Shown here piece by piece: positions 53,237 to 64,000 of a DNA stretch of 64,000 bases. Location of the stretch: the NCBI GenBank assembly GCA_965112155.1, contig OZ218101.1. The stretch is one strand, 5' to 3'. Below the pieces are notes generated by a model. It made no database searches and had not been told where the DNA came from. It saw only the letters and a list, made by a program, of their open reading frames with translations. Positions within the stretch are counted from its first letter, which is position 1; every line of letters begins with the position of its first letter. The DNA comes from Podarcis liolepis (lineage: Eukaryota). The translations under genes were made by a program, and so were the position numbers.

Positions 53237-53428
53237 CTCCTGGTAGTGGGCAATTTTATCATTATAAACAAAAATAGCTAAGTTTCTGACCTGGCTGCAG
53301 ACCACATTGTGATCTGCCTGCCTGGTGTGAAGACTGCAAATGTCATTCATCATCTAGAGAGGCTGGTAGATGGTGCTGGGGAGAAGTCAGTGGTCATGCT
53401 GCATCCTGGCACCAATGGCATGGGCTAA
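53237..53428 (+). pseudogene. Decayed CR1 ORF1 SGNH/esterase fragment
   Basis: LLVVGNFIIINKNS*VSDLAADHIVICLPGVKTANVIHHLERLVDGAGEKSVVMLHPGTNG resembles CR1 ORF1 GDS, CLPGA and HVGTND blocks; in-frame stop. Confidence 0.7.
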
Positions 53429-55589
53429 TGTAGTCATGCTCCAACCCCTATCAGCCCCAGTTAGCATGGACAATGGCTAGGGATGTACTCCAGTAATTTC
53501 TGGAGGGTACCATGCTGGCTACCCTTGATATAGCTGGGAATGCCTCTGGCTAATTAAACGATCTATTTGGGGGGGGGGGGTTGTTACTATGCTATGCATT
53601 TATATGCTTTGGAAAGGAGGCCTGGGGGTGTGGAGGGGCACCAAAAAAGGTATCAAGGGCCACATGCAGTCCTTGAGCCACATGTTTGACTGCCCTGCTA
53701 TAAATAAGGGGGTATGGAAATGACAGAACTGCATAAAATTGTGCAAACTGTTCTTCACATAGTTCATAGTTAAATGCTTTAAAAGGGGAATTAGACAAAT
53801 TCATGGAAAGTAAGACCATCAACTAGCCATAATGACTTTATTCTATCTTCACTGTAGTAGTAGTCTCTGAAAACCAGCCAGTGACGATCATGAATAGAAA
53901 AATACTGTTGTACTCATGTCCTGCTGCTGGGATTTCCATAAGCATCTGGTGAGAAAAGAATGTTGGCCTGGACAGACATTTGGTCTGATCCAGTGGGGTT
54001 GCTTTTATGTTCTTAGATGCTGCACATAACAAGCACAACACGGATCATAAGCATCTTTCAAACATTATGCTTAACTCCTGGAATGATATTTAGACATACT
54101 ATCTGGTTGTTTCCATAGGGGAACTGATATAGTTCAATAGGCTGCAATGATACGTCATCCGTAGAAATACAGTTAAAATGCTTTATTGTAATTACACCTC
54201 TGAGGCAAATGTTTTTTTTAAAAAACAAACTCTTTATGGAACAAAGTGTTATAAACAGAAATACTGTTGCTCTACTTATCAGCCTAAGTCAAAAAGAACA
54301 GAATACTTCGGGATTTAACAAAGCTAGAAACAGGGTAATTTAATTATGCCAAATTATCACAACACCTTATTACTACCAATAAAAGGAACCACTTGATGAA
54401 ACAGCAAAGAGGTTTTCTCAGAACCATACCCTGAAAGCTACTACTACTTAAGCTAGATTATCTAAACTTGATCAAACCACAAGCATGTTGCTTCAACTAC
54501 ATAAAGTACATTGCTTCTTGGATCATGAGAACTTGGCGGGGGGGGGGGAATGGAGACGGATGACCACCAGTTCCTATATTGGTGTCTTGCTTTCAGCGGA
54601 AGCAGGATATGAGGACTTCCCCTTTTAAAAATGAGAAAAGAAAAAACTTGCTCTCATGTGCAAACTGTTCTTACTGCCTGGTTACAGACCTGTACATGGA
54701 GGAAGTTGAGCATCCGGTCAAAATGAGGGGGAAGGGAGGGAGGAAGAGACAGTAGCCGGGGAAAGTAACCGAACACCATCAAAAAGAACAAAAGCTGCCA
54801 AGTCATTCAACCCTTCAGTTTCTACAGCAGATCTGACAATCTGACAGTAACCCACTCCACAACCACCTAACCCAGATGTTCTTGGCTTCATAAAGGTGCT
54901 GTATCCTGGCTGCACCTTATGAAGTGGAAAGAGGAAAGATGATTACTGAGATATTCCGAAGCTTAACGCTATTTAACTCCTCCAGCAAATTTCAGAACAG
55001 TAGTAGCATTGGCTATAGATGGTAAAGTCCCTTTGCTCCCACCCTCTTTTGATTTTCTTAACCCTCTGGCCTTGCCTTGACCAGCAGTCAGGGGTCTCGC
55101 CCCCTCCACTTCCCCTGACTATCGTCCCTTGCAAACAAATGGAATAAGGAGGCTGTTCGAAATTAGCTTGAAAGCCATCAGCAGCATTAGCGGTATGGAT
55201 CAAGCATGTTTCTTCCCTAAGGTGAAAAAAAAACTATCACAAAACAGATCTGTTTCAGTAAAGAGGAGAGAAGAGAAGGGCATAGGCACCCCCTCACATA
55301 CTTTATCTCCCTCCTCCTCCCCAACAGGGAGATCCCACAAAATTCCTTTCAAAGGAAGGCAGAGGTAAACTGTGCCCTCTCCATTACGCCAGAGATCTCA
55401 ATGCCACTGCGTACAGAGATACCGTCCTGCCGCCAAAAGAAATTTATTTTTCCGAACCGGGGCGATCAAGACGGGAAGAGGGGTTTTGTGTGCCAGAAGA
55501 GTTGCCCACACCACTCTCTCCCCCGCCGCCAAGCAAGCCATTACTAATACGGATTTTAAATATCCTGTCGCTGAAAAGGGTGAGAGTCG

Positions 55590-56850
55590 GAAACGCGCCC
55601 CTTCGTGACTCGCTGCCCCCGAGAGCGGCGAGGGCGAGAGAGGGAAGCGGACTTGGCTAATCTGGAGTAAAGGAGCGAAGGGGGTGAGGCGAGAGAGGAG
55701 CGACAGAGCAGGCGGCCGCGAAGAGCCCCCAGACGGGCAAGGGGGCTGCCCTGCCTCGCATGGGGCACTTGGAAGAAAGAGGAAGCGGCCGCCGGTCTCC
55801 AAGCCGGGGCGGAAGCAGAGCGACAAAACGTTCCCCTTTCCCCAGGACGGGCTTTTAATTCTCCCCCCGCCTCCTGACGGGCCCGTCCTCGCCCTCCGGG
55901 GCTCAGCGGCGGCGACAGCAGGGGGTGCCCGCTCCCCGGCCGCTCAGGTCGCCTTACCTCGGCGCTGCTGCTGCTGCTCTCCGCCGCGCTCTCCACAGCC
56001 ATTTTCTGCCAGGGGTCCGCCAGCTGCGCTAACGGCATCTTCCCGCTTTAACTTCCGAGCTCCCCCCACCTGGAGCCGCCGCTGCCCAACAGTCTCTCGC
56101 TCAGGCTCCGGGTCAGGATTCCTCCTCCTGGCCAAGGCGAGGGCACTGCCGGGACACTCGCGCTCCCAACCCCCGCACTGGGGGCGGAGGACGAGGCAGA
56201 GCTGCCACGCGCGGGCGACGGAGAGAACTGGGCTCGGAAGAAGCCGCTGCCGGGCAGAGCCAACCTCCCGACGTCCGGCAGGGCTACTGCTACTACTGCC
56301 GCCGCCGCTACTCACTCCGCTTCCGCTCCCAACATGGCGGCCCCCAAGCCGTACCTGCCTGTCAAGCCGAAGCCTGGTGGCGTCATCCCCGAGGGCGGGA
56401 CTGGCCCAGCCAATGAGCGGCGAGGCCAGGTAGTAAAGGGACGGAGTCGCGGGCGCGCGGCCAGGCGATGGTTGCTCTGATCCCGTCGGGAGTGACTGGC
56501 TGGCGTGGGAGGGAGAGGCAGGCAGGCAGGCGGGGACTCCGGATACGTGACGAGGGGTTTGTTTTTTTTCCCTCCTTTTTTGTCACGGTCACTTGAGCGA
56601 AGGGCGGGAGGCGGCGGGTTTATCCTCCGCGCGGGCAGCCTGGCTTTCTCCGGCGCCGCGGATGCCGCCCGCGAGCGTCACACCCCTCGAGCTGTACAAA
56701 AGCTTATCGTGTGTAGAGAGGCGATTGTGCGGCGTTTTCCTTCTACCCCCGGATGAACCAATCCGGCATAATTGCTATAGTGCCACCCCCGTGGCTATGA
56801 CGGCAAAGTTTAGTAACCGTTCCGAGATAATCCGCGGGAAGCTGTTAGTT
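55590..56850. promoter_or_regulatory. CpG-island promoter/5'UTR of RPS6KA3
   Basis: High GC and CpG density around exon 1; CCAAT near 56410, GC boxes, YY1-type CAACATGGCGGC at 56330-56341. Confidence 0.85.
55958..56038 (-). CDS. RPS6KA3: RSK2 exon 1 (MPLAQLADPWQKMAVESAAESSSSSAE)
   Basis: Diagnostic RSK2 N-terminus; donor GAG|gtaagg. Confidence 0.96.
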
Positions 56851-57785
56851 TTGTACGTATTCAGTATGACTATTCTGGAGTTTATTTTTTATTTTATTTT
56901 TTAAAAAAAAAACCTCATAAAAGTTTTGGCTTAACAAAAAACCAAAACCCTGTTAACTCCGAACTAAAACTGGACTCTGCAACCCTGAACACATGTTAGA
57001 TTTTAGAAGCCTTACAGGATTTTTCTTATAAAAGCATGGCTAAAGAGTCAACAAGGAATCCCAAATACTTGCCTCCACCTTCACATCCTGGCATTCTTAA
57101 CTCATCCCTTGGGTTTCCGTCCAGTGTAGTTTATCCCTCTGATGAAATTTATATGACACACTATTCTACTTTGTTAATTTTAAAGAACCAGGTTTACGAT
57201 TCTGTAAATAATTGTTTTTGATTTGATTTTGCAGTTGCTGAAAAGATGAAGAATCAGCAGAACAATCCCATGCAGTTGGGTGGGACTTTGTAATCATATA
57301 TTTCAAACAACATGCCTTCCCTGCACCTAAAAAAGAAATATGGTCCTCCTAAATTATGTGTTTAATAAATATAGGTAGAATTATACTTATTATTGTATAA
57401 GCCTCTGTCTAATTACTTTCCACATTCTTGGGTTGAAAAAGAAAAATGGAAAAGGTTTTAAAATATATGTTTAAAAAGTATACTTCAGTGTGCATCCTTA
57501 GGACACTGTAGTTATCATTGTGTGATTCAATCATATACAGTACCAGCAAATTCATGTTGCACAACTATTGGAAATTGGGAGGTCTTCCACAACAAATCTA
57601 CTTTCCCCAAAGACCTGACTTTTAGCAACATAAAAAGTGGTGGGGAAATTTACTGGAAAGTGTGGGCTAACATTTGCTTTGATGCAACTGACATCCAACT
57701 TCCCTGCAAACTGATCAGGATCAATGTTCAGTAGACATCATCCAGAAGCAGCCTTAGAGTTGAAGAGATCCACAGAGGGGCAGTA

Positions 57786-58008
57786 CAATGGTACCTCGGG
57801 TTACATATGCTTCAGGTTACAGACTCCGCAAACCCAGAAATAGTACCTTGGGTTAAGAACTTTGCTTCAGGATGAGAACAGAAATTGTCGTGCTCTGGCG
57901 GCGCAGCAGGAGGCCCCATTAGCTAAAGTGGTGCTTCAGGTTAAGAACAGTTTCAGGTTAAGAACGGACCTCCAGAACGAATTAAGTAATTAACCCGATG
58001 TACCACTG
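57786..58008 (+). mobile_element. Tc1/mariner MITE family A, copy 4
   Basis: TA TSD; same internal sequence. Confidence 0.9.
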
Positions 58009-61000
58009 TATACAGGTCAACCCTCATCATTAAAACAAGATAGTCTTGGCTTCAATGCTGCCTATTCTAACGACTTTGAACATATTGAAACTTCTGAGTG
58101 AGCAATATGCTTAGGATTGCATCTCAATCCTCATTAACACTTAATTGGGAGGAACTTCTATTGAACACTGTAAGACTTCCTTCTGAGTAAGCATGCATAG
58201 GGTTGTGCTGTTAGGGTGCCACTATATCCGACAATGTCGTAGTCTGACTCAGGCAATGCTGAATACATTGGAAAGAGGAAAGACTTAAGACACAGAATGG
58301 AAGTTAGGAGCGAAGCCCTTCTAGCTGTGCTTTTCTCTCAAATACTCTTTTCGTTGTTGAGAACATAAGAAGAGCTTGCTGGAACAGGCTAATGACTCAT
58401 CTAATCCAGCATCCTCTTGTCACAGTGGCCAACCAGAGGCCTGTGTTGTTTGTTTTGCTGTTTTGATCACAGATAGGTTTACTTCCAATTGCAGAGTTCT
58501 ACTGAAACAAAAATAGTTTCCTGTCAAACACAAGTATGATGCATACTTTGAAGTTTCCCTAGTACTGTACCATCCTAACAAAAAGGTCTGCAGCCATTAT
58601 AACTATTTCTTCTCTTGAGCATGACCACCAAGGAGGAAGTTTAGTCTATTTGTTGATGGTTTTTAGGGTTCAGCGTTTTTTTCTGACATGCAAGAAAACA
58701 TGCAAAATACTGCCAGAGAATGGACACTTTGTTTGTTTGTTTGTTTGTTTGGCAATGCATAGTCTCTGTTCCTAGGAATGCATTGGGTCCAATGTGTGCC
58801 TTATAAAATAGAAAATGCAGTTATTACATATGGCACATCTTCTTCAAGACCAGTATTAAGCATTATATTTTTTGCCAATGAATTATTTCATTGAATACAT
58901 ATAATTAGTAGGAAACTGTTTATAAAATTCATAAGGTATGGGGGGTGTTAAAACACATATCTGTTGGTTTAAATCTGTTGACTTAATTGTGACTTGCATA
59001 CTGATTACAAACCTATTTATCTGGATCTGAGCTCAATTATAATCAACATTTATTTCCAAATAAATGACCAGGAGTGTTAAATTTTAGTATTTGTATCAGT
59101 AAACAGCAGGGCACACTACATCTATTTTTACTGCAGTTTTATTTCAATTGAACTCAAAGTGACCAAGAATTACAAATAAAACATGAGGCGTTTCTCTATA
59201 AGGAAAATGATAAAATCCACAGGTGGCTTAATACCTTTATAGTAACAACAAAAATAACACAAAATAGAAATAAAGTTTTGGAGTTCTCTAGAACTCTTCA
59301 CATTGCGGAGTGTTACACAAATCGTGTTTTTCCCTACCCTGTTTCTTCCTCCTGCTAACATCTATCCTGATTGAAAATTGTGGAGAAATCAAAAGCTCAC
59401 TCACTATCGTGTAATGTTTTGACTTTCCAAATGAAGATATTGCCCAATTGTGGATTTTGGAACCTTTGCAAAGTGCAAGAATGCTGGTTTGAGCAATTTG
59501 TGGTGGAGGAAAGGCAGGCTATATAGGAGGATGCTGTCTCAAGACATGACTGTACATGTTTTCTTTCATACTGTACATGAGTTACCTATGATAGTTGTTC
59601 ATTGCTGCTGAAACTGATGATAAATATGAGGATGGTGACAGGTAAGATCTCATTTGCAATCATCACGATCATTTTATCATGTGAGTGGCTTCCTATGTTC
59701 TTGGCTTCCTGGAGTGTAATTGACATCCACCAGGAATTTAGAATTCCTGCCAGTGTTCTGATGTAATCTTGAGAATGTGGATGTGGGCGGGATTGTTGCA
59801 GCCTCAAATGGGAGTTCTAACAAAGTACATTTGAATAAACAAGGACGCTGCACTCCTATTTTTGATTCTGAGGCAAAGTGCTGTGCTGGAAGAGGCCCAG
59901 GGTCACACTCCTAAATTGCTTAAGGCTTGAATCCTAAATACACTTGCTAGGGAGTAAGCACCACTGAAAACAGTGGAATTTACTTCTAAGTAAATGTGTT
60001 TAGGATTGCACTGTAAAGCTCCGTAGGAGACATGGCTTTCCTATGGTACAATCTTCCTGAGGGGGGAAAAGGTAGCCATATGTTTGTACCTATATGTATA
60101 AAAACTTAAACTAAGGGAAACTTTGCCCTTCTAAACAATATCTGATAGCATTATTATTTTATTACATTTATATTTTGCCCTCCCTCCTAGCAACTCAAGA
60201 CAGTGTACAGCTAGAGGGTCACTGGTTTTCCACCTCGTAGGTTGTTGGACTCCATTTCCTATCAACCTCAGCTGGCTTGGCCAGGGATGATGGGAGTTAT
60301 ATTCCAGCAGCATCTGAGGAGCCAGAGGTTCCCCATCCCTGGCATACAACAGTGTGATGGAGCAGCAAAAAAGTGTTGAAACCATCCACTGAGTAGTTGG
60401 TTGCAAGTTGAGGTGTTCTACCTTTTACATTTCACACGAGGGAATGACAAATTACACATTGCTATTTAACAGCTGCTTCCAGCGGTTTCATGTAGATGTT
60501 AAATAACACTGTGGACAATATGTTATTCTGCAGCACACCACACTACGATAGCTGGCGGACTGAGGTGATGCCACCCAACCCTATTCTCTATAACCAGTTC
60601 TGTAGGTAGGAGTGGAATCCCCCTAATTCACAAAAGCTGTCTAGGAGGATGCCATGATTCTTGGTACCAACAGCCTCTGAGAGATCAAGTAGAAACAGCA
60701 TCACAATCTCCCTTTCCTTCTTCTGATACAGGTCACCCCTCAGGGGAAACAAGATTGATCTGGTTCCAAAATGCAGCTTGAACTCAGATTGGAACAGGTC
60801 CAGCTAACCAATATTCTCCAGAAGCTCCTGTAACTGCACTGCCACCACCCTGGTGCATCTTGTCTAGGATGGAGCTATTTGTGACTGGGTGGTTGTTGTC
60901 AAGAACCCTCTATGTCAAGAGTGGGCTTCAGAAGTAGATGCAGGTTTAAGGGCAGCAGGCAGATTGGACTCTGGACCCACCCCAGGATTGAGAAGAGTGC

Positions 61001-63787
61001 CCAGAGAGTATGTGGCTGGGCAAACAGTTGCAAGCACTCTGTCCACATCTTCAGGGAAATTTACCCCTTAAAAACAGGTCAGATGGTGCTTGCACACGGC
61101 ATTTTGACCTGCTACAAGAGAGAAATTTGAGTAATGGTGAGGCAGAACACAGGAGGCAGAGGCACCAGAAATAAAAGAATAGAGTCCTCTTTCACCATTG
61201 TGTTACTGTGCTAGCATTAAGCTGCTACAAATTGGTGATGCAGGAAGAGTGAAACAGGCTGAGTTATATTTATTGACATGACATTCACCTGTGGTTAAAC
61301 TATAAGCAAATCGCATCCTGCCTGTGGTTCCAACATCCTGAGCAGTGATATGGAATACAATAAAATATAGCCTTGCATCAGGATATGCAGCATCAATACA
61401 TGCTTTTATTATTTGTTTTGTTCATGAGAAGAACACTGAATGCTTTTTTAGTACAGAGTTTGATTATCTTTGCAGAAAAGAGATCAGGAAACATTTGGAC
61501 TGAATGTGGGGGCTGCAAAGTGGTATCTGACCTTGCTTCCATGGTCAATTTGCACTATCTGAGCTTTCTGTTGCCTTGGCTATGCTTTTTGTCTCATTTT
61601 AGTTTTGGGTAGGAGAAACGTTAACTCTATGCATTTAGGGTCCACTGCTGTAGTGCACTCTCCACAGCTATTCATATTTACACTGGTGTACTACACTGGC
61701 TTTCTTCATAGCTGAAGGACCATCTCCTCGCATATGATCCTGTCTATCTATTAAAGTCAGACGCAGGGGCCTGTTTATGCATCCTGCTTCCACCTGAGCT
61801 ATGGCTGGTGAAAACATGTGAAAGAGCTCCAGGCAGATAGATTTGTGGCCTGGTCTCCTTCCACCAAACTTTCACCGTATACAATTAAGAATTGGTTTTT
61901 TTATCAAATCACCTAGTTTACTGTATCATTTTTTCTTTTCTTTAAGATACCGTACAATCTCTTTGATTTATATTATTCAGCTATCAGGAGTTGTATGCAT
62001 ATACTCTTTTATACAGAATAGCACCTGGACTACCATACATATGGAATCCAAATGATTTTGCTTAGAATTCACACATGAGTTAGCTTCCCTTTAAGAATAG
62101 CACTTGCTGAAATTTAAGTAGGTTGGATGGAAGATTAGGGACTGTTCACCTTTAGCCAACTCTCTCTCTCCCTGCCCTTGCTTTGAACTTCTTTATTTCT
62201 TTTTGCCTCTCGCAGTAGCTGGAGAATGTAACTTCCCAAACTCTGATGCATATTACATCCCCTAAATGAGAATCTTCCTAGTGATCTTCCTAACATCTGT
62301 TATTAGCTGCCAGTTTTAAATAAGATTGTTCCCCAGTATCTGATACAAACGTGTAAGGACTGCATGTTATAGCTGGCAAAATAAACCATTCTGGTCTCAT
62401 TTAAAAGGAAAATAATTACATTTGTCTTGATGGGTACTGGAGAATGTTTGGCACCTGAACAGTTTTTCTATTTGGAGAAAACAGAGGGGAAAGACTTGAG
62501 CATCTGAATGAAAAAAGGCTTGAAGAGACCCAGATATTTAAAACAAGAACGATAAGGAGTCATGGCATCTAATTTGTTTATTGCAGCACAAGTTTTTATG
62601 GACCACAGCCCACTTCGTTTTAAGCATGAAATGTTATCTTTGTTGTAAGATACACATGCATGCACACTCACATACCGAAAAATAAATGAAGACACTTGAG
62701 CCAAGAAGCCCTTCACTGCAGGCTTAAGGAAAATAATTCTGCAGACTTTGTAGGGAATAATCCTGAATTGGGACAAAATGATTCTTAAATTCTAATTAGC
62801 ATATTTAGCAATGCACCCAAAAGCCAAATAGGAAAAGGCAGATGTAGCTGGCCTGACCTTCTGCTGGACCATTCTGCCAATATTTAATTTCTTGCTACAA
62901 GATAGATATGCTAAACATACGTCATACACCTTATTAAAACAATTACACACAGCTGGATTTTCCTTTTGCCCTTAAATAATATTTGCAGTAAGAGGAACAA
63001 GCTTTCTGAGCATGACTACAAGTTATTGCTAGGGAATACTAGAATAGGCTTTAAACCATAAAAGCAAATGTCAAGCCAAATGTGATGTGCAACTCTCTCA
63101 CCTCATTCCATTTTCAGCTACACTGAACCTTTCTTCTTCTTAAGTATTTATTTCAGATTAATTTCCCCACTGAAACTGCTTTTCCCCATGTTATTCTAAA
63201 AACAGGACACAATAACTATTCTTGCTGCAAAAGAACCAATTACTGTGCCAGGGCAAGAGTGTTTAGCTCAGAGGTAATAATGTTCATGAAGCATTTGAGT
63301 CTTAATAAGTCTTTGTTATTATTAGAACTAGCACTAATGGCCCTAAATAATGCAAGTTGTTATGGGACTGCATTCTCTTAGAGAGCAGGTCAGCTCCGAC
63401 TGTCTTCATAGCTCTTTTATAATGCACTTGATGAACATTTCAGGGCATCTGTGCTGGTCACTGCCTCGAGCTGATAGACTGGGATTTGTATTGACTGTGT
63501 AGTAGGCTGAATTCTTATTATCAGTGTGGACAACTTTGTCATTGGTTCAAATCTGAGCCAACCACAAAGCTTACTGGATGATCATGGGCTGGTAACTTCA
63601 GCCTAACATTGCTCACAATATTTGCTGCCTAGCTGAGGTAAAGATGTGGCAGTATACAATATTGTAATATGAGATTTGTGAATGTGAATGGTACTTTCAT
63701 GGCTTTACCATACCGTACGCTTCTGACTTTAAAATACATATAGTTTAATATAGCATATGTATGAGAAATCTGGGAGCCTCTCAACTA

Positions 63788-64000
63788 CAATCATACCTTG
63801 GGTTAAGGTAGCTTCAGGATGAATATTTTCGGGTTGTGCTCCGTGGCGACCCGGAAGTAACGGAGCACGTTACTTCTGGGTTTCGCCGCTAGCGCATGCT
63901 CAAACGCTCAAAATGATGTCACGCGCATGCGCGGAAGCAGCGAAACGCAACCCGCGCATGCACAGCCGCGTCTTACGTTTACTTCAGGATGCAAACGGGG
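63788..64000 (-). mobile_element. MITE family C copy, truncated by window edge
   Basis: Reverse-complement similarity to 41224-41465. Confidence 0.8.

Noticed and set aside
55398-56904. Long GC-rich ORFs (e.g. 55684..56433 +); similar ones at 5103-5895
   Set aside because: Stop-poor CpG-island sequence; only the short RPS6KA3 and EIF1AX first exons are supported.

Overview
Vertebrate genomic DNA, almost certainly a squamate reptile and probably a lacertid lizard, judging by the Sauria SINE, BovB, CR1-tailed tRNA SINEs and Tc1/mariner and hAT MITEs. The window holds two minus-strand genes in the order known from human Xp22. RPS6KA3 (RSK2) is complete: 22 GT-AG coding exons from 56038 to 15148, 744 aa, a CpG-island promoter and a putative ~5.8-kb 3'UTR. 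EIF1AX coding exons 1-4 lie at 5277 to 219, and the gene runs off the left edge. RPS6KA3 intron 10 contains a full-length antisense BovB (RTE-clade) LINE with a 12-bp TSD and an intact endonuclease/RT ORF. The main observation is that the first ~128 nt of this BovB fold by eye into a complete HDV-like nested double pseudoknot (P1, P2, P3, P1.1, P4, candidate catalytic C). Its predicted self-cleavage site lies 1 nt from the 5' insertion junction, suggesting a self-cleaving ribozyme defines the BovB 5' end. Other notable items are a MITE carrying NRF1/CRE/ETS motifs, a 1.5-kb MITE with two internal tandem arrays, Lys- and Ile-tRNA SINE heads on the same CR1 tail, an OC1-like hAT MITE, a decayed CR1 ORF1 esterase fragment and signs of bidirectional or alternative promoter use. 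All calls are by manual reading; no database searches or folding programs were run.
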